A stretch of DNA of 63,784 nt, the filler included, from Lenisia limosa (Eukaryota > Protista > Breviatea), in the NCBI GenBank assembly GCA_001655205.1. It is 9 parts of 9 records of this genome, joined end to end, with 100 filler letters (N's around TTAATTAATTAA, not from the genome) between each part and the next. Parts side by side here need not be neighbours in the genome. Positions count along the whole stretch, not along the records: positions 41,017 to 51,198 come from LPNZ01011031.1; positions 51,299 to 53,173 come from LPNZ01001151.1; positions 53,274 to 60,136 come from LPNZ01011622.1; positions 60,237 to 62,376 come from LPNZ01001575.1; 5 more parts are not named here. One strand, given 5' to 3'. Within the stretch, counting starts at the first letter, position 1. Every line of letters starts with the position of its first letter. The translations under genes were made by a program, and so were the position numbers. This document shows positions 50,001 through 60,239 of the stretch, piece after piece. The notes beneath the pieces are model-generated. The model searched no databases, was not told the DNA's origin, and saw only the letters and a program-made list of their open reading frames with translations.

Positions 50001-51050
50001 CTGACTAGGGCTTCACTTCGGTTTGAAAAAGATCGGTAAATTATCGATAATTTTCGAGGATTTATCGAGAAATTCAGTTTTTTTGAATCGAAGTGAAACC
50101 CTTCCTCTGACCCATGTTTTGAACCCTCCTCCACCTCTCTAACCTAATCTACACCCCATAACCCCCCCCCCCCNNNNNNNNNNNNNNNNNNNNNNNNNNN
50201 NNNNNNNNNNNNNNNNNNNNNNNNNNNNNNNNNNNNNNNNNNNNNNNNNNNNNNNNNNNNNNNNNNNNNNNNNNNNNNNNNNNNNNNNNNNNNNNNNNNN
50301 NNNNNNNNNNNNNNNNNNNNNNNNNNNNNNNNNNNNNNNNTTGATGGACACAATGAAGCCCCTTCTATGCCGCCGCCACCACTTCAAAAAGTCTTGTCCT
50401 GTAGATGGGCGTCCGAGATTGAGAACTTCAAAACAGCTCCGGTTACCAAGGGGGAGCATGTGGTCAGGAGAGAGGAAAACAATCTCCTGGTGGGTGGGTG
50501 TGCCCCTATGTTACTTGTTACCTGCTCTGTGTAATATGTTTTGGTATTCTTTTCTGTTCTTTGGGATATGATTTGCTGTGTTGTTATTTGAATACGCCTG
50601 TACTCTTAATCCCCAACTGGAGTGATGAGATGCAGTGCTGCAGAAGCTACGGGGCTTTGTTTTATTATCAACCCTTGTGTATTCAGCCAACAGGGTTGAT
50701 TTTGGGCCTCTTTTTTTTTGTTTCAAAAATTTTCCAATTTGACACCCCCCCCCCCCCNNNNNNNNNNNNNNNNNNNNNNNNNNNNNNNNNNNNNNNNNNN
50801 NNNNNNNNNNNNNNNNNNNNNNNNNNNNNNNNNNNNNNNNNNNNNNNNNNNNNAAAGAGAGACTCCAAATTCACTGCAACCATTAGTACAGGTTGTTGGA
50901 ATGGTGCGTGTATTCTGAAAAAAGTAAATTATCGATAAATACTCAACAAATAAGTTATCTCGAATCTAAGACGTTATATTAGCACTTCTGATAGCTCAGG
51001 TTGCCTCCATATTTCCTTTAACGCAAGAGTCGGAACACATTGTATTATTT
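44078..51050 (+). CDS. Multi-exon protein: hydrophobic N-terminus, S/P-rich linker, degenerate ABC-ATPase-like domain, low-complexity tail (3' end probably truncated)
   Basis: MASQTPPVFSFLFFVLLIAETVAVTS|ACSRY...; ABC-NBD scaffold ISFTLERGKGICLVGT..LLQLSQPTSGDITVDNDDL..WRREVAWISSNP|TLPWWCNVRDALTYG..DAELLFAAREAMAEAFIVGLEHGLDSNV..SQRMRLSIACGILRSPSLVIIEQ..NDALDRLCVGRLVVRIAQ..IVFDDGR. Exon phases are consistent through 49440 and 50340-50490. Confidence 0.68.
46167..46260. mobile_element. hAT-type MITE copy, left TIR damaged
   Basis: Core ATCGATAGTTTTCGAGGATTTATCGAGAAATT and right TIR CGAACCGAAATGAAACCCTA; flanks GCTATCTT / GATATCTC. Confidence 0.75.
46494..46590. mobile_element. hAT-type MITE copy with hybrid TIRs
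   Basis: Left TAGGGCTTCACTTCGG, right GGACCGTTGTGAAGCCTTA; TSD AATGGCTG / GATGGCTG. Confidence 0.85.
50006..50103. mobile_element. hAT-type MITE copy with perfect 8-bp TSD
   Basis: TSD CCTCTGAC at 49998-50005 and 50104-50111. Confidence 0.9.
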
Positions 51051-51299
51051 GTTTAATTTGCATATTATCATAAATAGTATTCATACTATATCATATATCA
51101 TATCATATATCATATACTATTAGATATACTGTATGCTTGGGAGGCACGCAGAAAGCTGTGTGCACAGAGTTGTAAGGCAAATGATTGGGTGAATTAATNN
51201 NNNNNNNNNNNNNNNNNNNNNNNNNNNNNNNNNNNNNNNNNNTTAATTAATTAANNNNNNNNNNNNNNNNNNNNNNNNNNNNNNNNNNNNNNNNNNNNA

Positions 51300-51372
51300 C
51301 AGTGACCAGGATAAGTCTTGACCGTTTTTCCTAATCATATAGCAAATCGGTCAAGACTTATCCCGGTCCCTA
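51300..51372. mobile_element. Tc1/mariner-type MITE copy
   Basis: CAGTGACCAGGATAAGTCTTGACC...GGTCAAGACTTATCCCGGTCCCTA; same family as 30874-30951. Confidence 0.8.
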
Positions 51373-51399
51373 TATACCTTAGCAAACTTAAGGCCCAAA

Positions 51400-53105
51400 T
51401 CCCCCCGGCCCACTTTTTAATTCCATCTGTGACGTTGACTTCCTTGATGACTCGATACTCCGCAACCCTCCGTCGAATGTCCAAATGCAGCCGTTTCTGG
51501 GGCGGGGAGTAAAATTGGAAATTATGAAACAAAAAAGACCAGCTGACAAAAACACGCAAAGCCCAGACTAATCGCTTCTGCAGCACCGCATCCCATCAAT
51601 AAACAAAGGAAATGTGAAACAAAATATCCCAAATGTTGGAAAATAAAAGCCGGATATCAACATTATTGGAACCAGGTAATATGACATCAAGGTCTCCGAC
51701 ATCATATTTTAAATTTCTCAAACAAGCCGCTTCGGACAGTCCATCACGTTCACCTCCCCCCCGCCTCACATAATCCTCAATGAGATTATAGACACTATCA
51801 CGCAGAATGACGCGTTTCTCGAACTCCTTTTGAAGGGCTGAATGATAGCTCTGAAGAGGTCAAAGTGGCAAATGGTGATAGCTGGAGATTTATGAAACAA
51901 TCTTGTCCCCCGCCCCCCACTAGTCTGCGGTAGTCTGTGTCATCCTTGACTTCCTTCAGGAGTAGGGCAAAGTCATTATCTGGCGGAGTAAAATTGGAAA
52001 AGTGAAACAAAAAGTCCAAATCAATTCTGTTTCATTATCATAGTATATCATATGACATCACACACCCCTACGTCTGTAGATGTCGGGCAGTTTGCCGAGG
52101 ATGGACCTCAGATAGTTGGCTCGTGCGGCTCTGTCAGCTTGGTGAAGCGACCGGGCTTGCTGGGGGGTGAGCATAACTAAAATTAAATTGGCTAACAGCA
52201 TGGTATTCGTGATACGTGATTGAATTCATTCCAATTAGGGATTCCCTACGAAGACGAAATTTTTCGATAAATCCTTGAGGATAAATATCGATATTTTACC
52301 GGTCTTTTTCGGACCGTACGGAAGCCCTATTTACAATACCCTTCCCACTGTTGCGACTTCGGAGAGGAGCGACCGTACGGATTCGGACCAATGCGGCAGG
52401 TTTGGAGGGAAGTCCCGCAGGCACATTCTCATAATGTTCCTCGCTGCGACCACATCGGGATTTTGGTTCTCTGTTGGACGCATATAGTCTTCTTCTGATG
52501 GGGGTGGAACATTAATGAAACAGTAATCTTAAAATCAACTTTGGCTTAACATTTGAACAAGATCTGCTAATTTCGTCAGGTTACGAGAGACATGGGAGCT
52601 AACCAGATGGAGGGGAGTAGATGTCAGGCTCCTCTAGAGTGAATCGCAACATTCCTGTGTCAGACTACGGGGTGAGTTGGCAATATCTTTGATCTGATAC
52701 TCATTAGATGGCCTTAAACCGTTTCCCCTTGTTATGCTTGTTTAGCTCAGTCGTGTTTAAAACAATCTAAGAAAACAGCTATTTATTTCATAATAGTAAT
52801 GTAGTTATTTGCTTTCAAGAAAAAAAATACAGGCGTCTTGCAGTCAATAACCATGCGAGGAAACAACACTTGACCACAGGGGGTTGGAAATGTTGGAACG
52901 AAAAAGTTCGACGACTTTGCCTCATGAAAAGGTGTTAAAGGAGACCAATTGAACTGTTATTTGGGAGATTTACGAAGAAAAGTCGTCGAATTTTTGTGTC
53001 GAAATAGTTTCCAACCCTCAGCGGCCAAGAACCGAGAACACCCACCAGGTCTCGGCCTTCGAGTCGGGTCAGAATGGCGTGCATGGGGTCTTCGGGACCA
53101 ATAGA
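51400..53105 (-). CDS. Unidentified multi-exon gene fragment
   Basis: GT-AG bounded exons SIGPEDPMHAILTRLEGRDL, ARNIMRMCLRDFPSKPAALVRIR, RAARANYLRSILGKLPDIYR, DNDFALLLKEVKDDTDYRRL, KRLHLDIRRRVAEYRVIKEVNV. No family recognised. Confidence 0.5.
52236..52329. mobile_element. Older hAT-type MITE copy
   Basis: TAGGGATTCCCTACG / GGACCGTACGGAAGCCCTA; flanks ATTCCAAT / TTTACAAT. Confidence 0.78.
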
Positions 53106-53621
53106 CTACATCGTAATTACTCAAATAAATAACCTTGTAAGAGAGCAGAAAGAATGAATAGGATTGACTACCGNNNNNNNNNNNNNNNNNNNNNNNNNNN
53201 NNNNNNNNNNNNNNNNNTTAATTAATTAANNNNNNNNNNNNNNNNNNNNNNNNNNNNNNNNNNNNNNNNNNNNGATGGACGCCCGTCGCTGGATCGAAGT
53301 CACCATCAGATGCCTTTCTTCGGCTCTGCTGCAGTTAAGAAGTCTCAGTACGGGGGGAATCAAATTGTCCTATTTTACACCCTTCACTTTCAGCTTCGCA
53401 TATGGCCTGTACGAGTGACCTGGCCTCCGCCGATCGGTCGCGCCTTCGTGTTGGTATGTGTTGCTCTTCAAATCCTTGTTAAGACAATATTTTGAATCCC
53501 AAAAATATGACCAAAAATTAAAGCAATTTCAAAGAAATAGTTAGACATTCAAACAGTCCAATAAAATAAATATAACACTTAATTTTTTTTATGAATAATT
53601 CCTTTTAATTCTGTTTAAACA

Positions 53622-54089
53622 ATGTCTAAAAGAGGTTTGTGTTTTTTTTAAATTCGGTCGTGGAGGAGCTGTCGGCCAACGTTTAAAGCTTACTTTGGGT
53701 CTTCCAACTCAGGCTGTAATCAATTGCGCGGATAATTCTGGTGCCAAGAATCTTTATATCATGGCTGTAAAAGGAATTGGTGGACGCTTGAGCAGATTAC
53801 CTACTGCTGGAGTTGGTGATCTTGTTTTAGCAACTGTTAAAAAAGGCAAACCTGATTTGCGCAAGAAAGTATTACCTGCTGTTATATTAAGACAAAGGAA
53901 ATCCTGGAGACGCCATGAAGGAATGTTCATTTATTTCGAAGGTTTAGTGGATACCTTTATGTAGATAATGCTGGTGTTATTGTCAACAACAAGGGTGAAA
54001 TGAAAGGATCTGCAGTTTCCGGTCCAGTTGCCAAAGAATGCGCTGATTTATGGCCCCGTATTACTGCTCACGCCGGCACAGTTGTTTAA
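53622..54089 (+). CDS. RPL23: 60S ribosomal protein L23 (uL14) with two tiny introns
   Basis: MSKRG|[34 protein letters not shown]...[11 protein letters not shown]...YFE|[33 protein letters not shown]...VV*. Introns 53635-53656 (22 nt, GT..CG) and 53942-53964 (23 nt, GT..AG). Confidence 0.95.
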
Positions 54090-54373
54090 TATAAGTTCTC
54101 TTGTTTATCCCCACTTAATATTGTAGAATGCATAATAAATGTAAAACTGTAGTTAGTAGTAAATGATTCATTTTTGGATAATAAGACAACTGCATTGAGT
54201 TAAGTGGATCTTTCTGAACAGTAAGACCAGTTTAACATAAACGCGCGATCTCAATGTGTCCAGATGCTCTCAGCAGTGGTTATTCCATGGATATGAGGTT
54301 AAGAGCAGAAAAACATGGTTCTAAGAAGCCAGTCTTCCAGCCACCAGGGTAGTCCACCACACATATTAAGAAC

Positions 54374-55061
54374 TCAAACACTCTGCATCAAGATAGATAG
54401 TTTAAATCTTGTAAGAATCATATTACTTTGTGAGAAAAACATCGGAATCTTGAGTAAGAAACACCTTGCGTATAAAATTAAGTAGACACCACAATCAACT
54501 GAGTTCAATTGCTGGGGGATATATGGGAAGAAATACTTCATTGAAGGAAATAACTGCAAAGAACTCCGAAGAGCAAAATAATAAAACTGCCAACAAAACA
54601 TAATAAAAAGGAGTAATTGTAATTCCTCAGTGAGTCACAGTAAATTAAAGATAAGTTGGGGACATCAATTACAATCAGAGACCAGTGATTTTGAGAATGC
54701 AACGGTAGAACAACAAAGCGATAGTGGCAAGGAATTTGAGAACCAGTTTTCAGCGAATGAGGAACAAAAAAAGAAGAGAGCACTAATGTCTTGTGATAAA
54801 CACAATAACCACATTACTTGGGCAATGGAATAATTTCATGACAGTGTTAATATGATCATCATTGAGCCATTTGTTCTGAAAAAATATGTGATTTGTTACA
54901 TGAGGCTTCAACACTTGATTTACGACAGTTTCCAACAAGAAAAGTTCTTGGCAATTGAGAACACCAAAAAACAAGTTTAAAAATTTAATAAAAGCAACTG
55001 TATCAAAAAAATCAGATTTCCAGGTACTGACCTTGGAAAGGCATCCAAGAGTAAACCTCAT
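54374..55061 (-). pseudogene. Ulp1/SENP (peptidase C48) protease, apparently frameshifted
   Basis: KWLNDDHIN, LPLHSQNHWSLIVID..YCDSL, PQQLNSVDCGVY: the His/Asp/Gln/Cys catalytic residues are present. A 23-nt GT-AG intron lies near 54780-54802. The frame switches right after CDSL without an intron. An upstream in-frame ORF (55071-55330) is separated by a single TGA. Confidence 0.75.
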
Positions 55062-55956
55062 TATTAAATTTCACCACAGTCTCCCAGTCAACTCCCAGGG
55101 GTCTCCCACAAATCTTCCCCCTCTGAACCAAAACCAACCAGAGGCTACCTTGGCGCGAGCGACTCTTACGACCAAAGTAGTAAGACCTGGACGGCTGGAC
55201 GGCTCACAGGGCAAGTCCAAAAGGGCAAGTCTCCCCAATTTTGATCCGACGATCCAACATTGGTTTGCGCCACCTAGGAGGATTAAGTATGGGGGAGTCA
55301 ACCCCCCATTTTTAGAACAATTGTACCAGCCCTAAGTATGACGTTATTTTCGGAATTTTTCTATTTATACTGTAAGAATCGAAACTAAAATTGGGAAGAA
55401 AGAGTGTTATCCGCGTTTTATTGCGGAATTCTATGCAGCGATGTCACTCCGGGAACCCCGCCGCTTTTTCGTGTCGTCTCCTCGCAAAATTGCTTTAATA
55501 TTGCTAAACAATACTGCTCTAGGCGGCGAATCCAAAGACTCGCTTTCCGAAGCGAGATAGACAACACTTTTTTCTGCAGATCTCAGTATAATCCACCTTT
55601 TTCCTGTATATAATAGTATTATATATCCAAGTTAATGCTATTCTTACTTTAAAACGGTAAAGCACGACCAGTCAACATTTCGGAGAGCTCTTACCCCCAG
55701 CCCCGCGCTTTTATAACCTTTTTTGCAACTCAGTTGTAAATGCCCCTTTTATTGCTACAATGATAATATTGTGGTTTTTTATAATAATATTTGGAAATTA
55801 CGCACGCTAGGCTACCCCCTGGAAATCCCCCGTATTTGATAATAGATCGTTGCTATACGGGTGTATTGTTACTGTACCATGCTGATTTTGTGCATATTGT
55901 TTATTTGTTAACAGAAATTTGAAAAATAGCTCTTTGAGTGACTATGAGTCAATGTG

Positions 55957-56334
55957 CGGCCTTTCAAAATTCTGGTTTTATCGCTAATTTTGGTTTTTTC
56001 TTGTTTATGTTTTATTATCCAGTATCCGTNNNNNNNNNNNNNNNNNNNNAATATTTTCTTAGCAAGAATTTGATTCCGATTTTTGAAATACAGTTGAAAA
56101 CAATTCGAAATATTTTCTTAACAAGAATTTGATACCGAATTTTGAAATACAGTAGAAAACAAATCACCCCGAAAATGAAGTCAAGATCATATAACTTTTG
56201 CGAGATAAACACAAAATATTTACATTTTAGACTTGTTTTTCTTAAAAAGAGTGAATCTCGTAAAAAATACAAAAAAAGCAGAAGTACTCGAGAAAACCAG
56301 AATAAGCGAAAAAAACCAAAATTTTGAACGGCCG
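55957..56334. mobile_element. MITE-like element with imperfect ~45-bp TIRs and an internal ~60-bp tandem duplication
   Basis: CGGCCTTTCAAAATTCTGGTTTT / AAAACCAAAATTTTGAACGGCCG; flanks AATGTG / AATGTA. Only one copy seen. Confidence 0.5.
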
Positions 56335-56759
56335 AATGTAGTTTAACTATGTAGAGGACCTTTTTTGGACTATATTTACACTCTTAGCAAGAACTCGAAG
56401 GATTGCCAGAGTTACCGTTGACAAGCCTCGCCGTGGTATGTTGGCGGTTTTATTCTTGTTGAGATATAACCTTTGAATTTTCCCGGTATTCAAACCTTCA
56501 TAACACAGTTAATGCTATCCCTCATGCTTTCAAAGACATTTGAAACCTCACTTCTTTAGGAAAAAAGAAGACTCGCTAGCTTGGTTTGTATTCGTTTTCA
56601 GATTGTGCGTGTTATTTAGTCTTGTTTTGATATTTTGAAAAAGTTTTGATATAGTTTTGACCTGAAAGCCTTGAACAAAGCTGATAATTGACTTTGTATT
56701 ATCATTATTGTTGGATAGTATGTATTAATGAAATGCATTACCCCCCCCTGTCGAGGTTT

Positions 56760-57740
56760 CCCCCCCAGGTTGGAGCAACAAACCCCAAGTGCTTATTGCC
56801 CCAAGTTTATGCCACACTCACTGATTTTACTAACTTCAGTAAATTTGCCAACCCCGCTCCCAAACTTTTTCGGTTCTGAAATTGTTAACGTACGTAGGGA
56901 ACATCTTCATTTCATTGTGATATTTCTGAAAAAAGATAAAAATGACAACGAAATAGATACAGAAATAGAACTGAATGTTTAGGTGAAAGACCATAGTGCA
57001 GAAAGAAGCTATTGTATGGATGGTATTAACCTCATTAGCAAACTCTGAGGGTGTTTTTGCTCATTTTGTTTAAGAATCGGTTTGCCAGCTCGACCTTGTC
57101 TTCAAAGCTCAAAACCATGAGGCTGGAACTAAAAAACAAAGAAAGTAACTACAACCACACACATACCTGCAATAATTGCCTCTTCTAGTTGACGGCACCT
57201 CTCGGTCTCAGCAGCCTGGAGAAGACTGGTCAATAGTCGACAGGGTGACAAGGCGCTTTTTTTTAGGAGAAGTTGTTTCGTAGATGGGGCAAACTTGATG
57301 AAGTTGCAGTTGGCCCAAGGAGGGAGTTAAGGTCGGCAAGGACGACTTCAGAAGCGGTGAGTTGGTCACGATACTGTGCAACTTCTACCCAAGTGTCCGT
57401 GGCAACGGCCACGTCCTCATTCTTCTTGGCAATCTTTATCAAGGAAACGAGTTCGGGGGTGTTAAGGATGCAGAAATAAGTGCTGTTTTGGTAGGTGGCA
57501 GGGTGGCTTTAGTGAAATGAACTGTCCCAGGAAGATGGATGGCAAGGCGGGAAGGATCAGCTGAGCGACCGCTATCAACGGTAATAACAACGCTTCCGGC
57601 AGCGAAAGCACTTTTGATTTTTGCGGTGATGAGGCAGAATGGAAGGCTTCCAAACATGCGGAAATGGCACAATGGTTGTGAGCGGCATTCGAAATATTTC
57701 ACCTCACCCACCAAATTTATCAAGCAGAACTACGTTACAG
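56760..57740 (-). pseudogene. Decayed coding-like region (unidentified)
   Basis: Open protein-like segments (YFCILNTPELVSLIKIAKKNEDVAV...; LLQAAETERCRQLEEAIIA; VLSFEDKVELANRFLTK*AKTPSEF) are broken by frameshifts and stops. Confidence 0.35.
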
Positions 57741-60239
57741 GTTGGTTGATCAAGAGTTTTGTTCTTGCAATATATGAAGATTTGGCTTGAATGTTTTGTC
57801 AGTTTGATCTTGTGTATTCTCATTTTGTGATGGTGTACTTTGTTGAGCATTGTGTTTGATAAACAACCAAGCTAAGCTATATTCTTTTCTCTGCATGTAT
57901 TATATATTTATGATATGGGCTCTATGGCTTAATAATTTATTGACAGACGAGATTTCTAAGACATTCACTTTCAACTTCTCTTCAACTGGCTTTCAGATTG
58001 TGCCTGACTATATAAGTGGGTAAACTGTACCTATTGAGTTAGTTTTTTTATGATTCATATTTAAGCTTATTCTTAAAAAAATTTTGATCTCTTGAAGAAG
58101 TTAGAAACATATTCTTCTATTTGAATTTGAGGTTTTTAGAATTTGAGTCTTAGTAGCTGTCAAAGCGCCCCCTCTATGTTAATAAAGTTTGTGGGCTATC
58201 GTACCAATTTTGTCTACCTCACCCCCACGTACGGGATTCAATTCCATTGGTTGAGGATAAATTTGCTCTTTTGTATGTGTTTGTTCTCTTATTCGTTTTT
58301 TGCATCGCTATTTGATACAAATACTATAATATCAAATATATATCTTATAGAGTAATATATGGGGGAGCACGCAAAAAGTTGTGCGCACCGAGTTGGAATG
58401 ATTGGTTACATTAATATCATATCATATCATAGTAATTAAATATATCTTACAAGCGCGATGATGCAACCTTGTTTTTTTATATTTCTCATTATTTGATAAG
58501 CTGTCGCACATAAATTGTGACGGTTATGATTACTTGTAAGGGTTTTGATCTATGGACCTTTTTGTTTCTTTTTCTGTTTATTCATGTAAAACATATCTTC
58601 TCGTTTCTCAAATTCGTTCAATTATTAATTTTTAGAGTTGCTGACCAAAATAACTATTTTTCAAAATCACAAGAAAAGATAATACAATGCTCTATTTGTG
58701 AAAAATAAATTACTCTTTCTTTTTCTTTGTCTTTGCCTTTTGTTTCTTCTTCATCTTGGCAATTACATGTGAATCTGGGTGCAAGACTCCACCTTGATTT
58801 TGACATTTGTTCCTTGCCCGATCCACCTTGATCTCACTTTCACTTGCAATTACCTGAACATATGATTTTTCATATACATCAACCAACCTGTCAAATCACA
58901 GCTACTTGTTCACCAAGCTCAAGTACAAAGAAATGTACTGGCTTTAATACCAAAATGTGAGATGTTGTTCTTTTTTTTCTTTTTTTCTTGTTTTTTTTAA
59001 AAAAACTTGTGCAAGACTTGAACCCAAAATGTTCGATGCACATCTTGCTTTAAGATTTTGAGTTCAAAGGGTAAATTTTCCTGAAGTCAACGATAGGATT
59101 CGGAAGAGGCTCGGATGCCCAAGACTCGGTGATTCTTAAGATCTAGTTGGATTTCAAGACCCCGATTTTGGTACTTAGGATTCTGAGGATTCCTTTTCCC
59201 TTCTTCCCTCCTGTTTTCCCTCTTCTTTGTAGCTTCTTTGCTTCTATTTGACCGGTAGTCCAACCAAAAAGTCTGTATGAGCTGAAGTAAAAAAGATACA
59301 GTTCAAAATGGTAAACGAATTCCTCCTACGCCATCTCATGCAGGGTGAACCGCCTTGAAACCCGATGTACGAAACCGTACTCCCAGTGGTACGGCCCTGC
59401 AATTGTGGCTCAGCCAAACGCCGTCGAAACCACCCCTTTCGTCACCACAGTCACACTCGAGGACTCTGTCACCAAAGTCGTCACCGCCACGGTTCAGCGC
59501 CTTGTCACCCCGCAGAAAAGCGTAAAGTCGCTCACCTCGAAGAGAATAGTGCGGTAATGTGTGTCACCGTGCACTTTCCTCAATTACCTAGATAAGAGGT
59601 TAAAAATAAAACAACACCAGAGCACAAACAACCTTGAACACATGATCAGGGGGTTAGTTATTCGCAATTGGAGGGGTCGGGGAGTAGGATTAAACTATGT
59701 TCTTTTTTGTTCGCGGTTTTAATCAAGTTCACGGTTTTAATTATCTATGATATACTACATATGCCTGGACGGGTAAACCCGATAAAACCCGATAATTTTT
59801 TTTTTCACCCCAAATGTCTTAATTTTTTTTAATTATTCTTCTTTTTCTTTTTATCTCTTATCCTTATTTTAGACAAACCTTCACTTAAACGTATTTTTTG
59901 GTAATAAGAAAAAGTAAATACTGTAGCTCATATGACAAACAAGTTTTTCGAGAAAATTAACATATCAAAACACGAAAAATATGATTGATAATGAAAACAC
60001 AGCTTAAATTCAATTGAAAATTCAAAAATGCATTGGTAGTGATCCCGTGAAAGCTGCTGAATCACGTGGTGGTGATATGGTTCCCCCAATCTCAGTGAAC
60101 ATACCTCTTTGTGGCGACAAACATAATGATGCCATCNNNNNNNNNNNNNNNNNNNNNNNNNNNNNNNNNNNNNNNNNNNNTTAATTAATTAANNNNNNNN
60201 NNNNNNNNNNNNNNNNNNNNNNNNNNNNNNNNNNNNTTG

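Noticed and set aside
53274-53420. Coding-like stretch at the start of contig 7
   Set aside because: Too short and without a recognisable motif to call.
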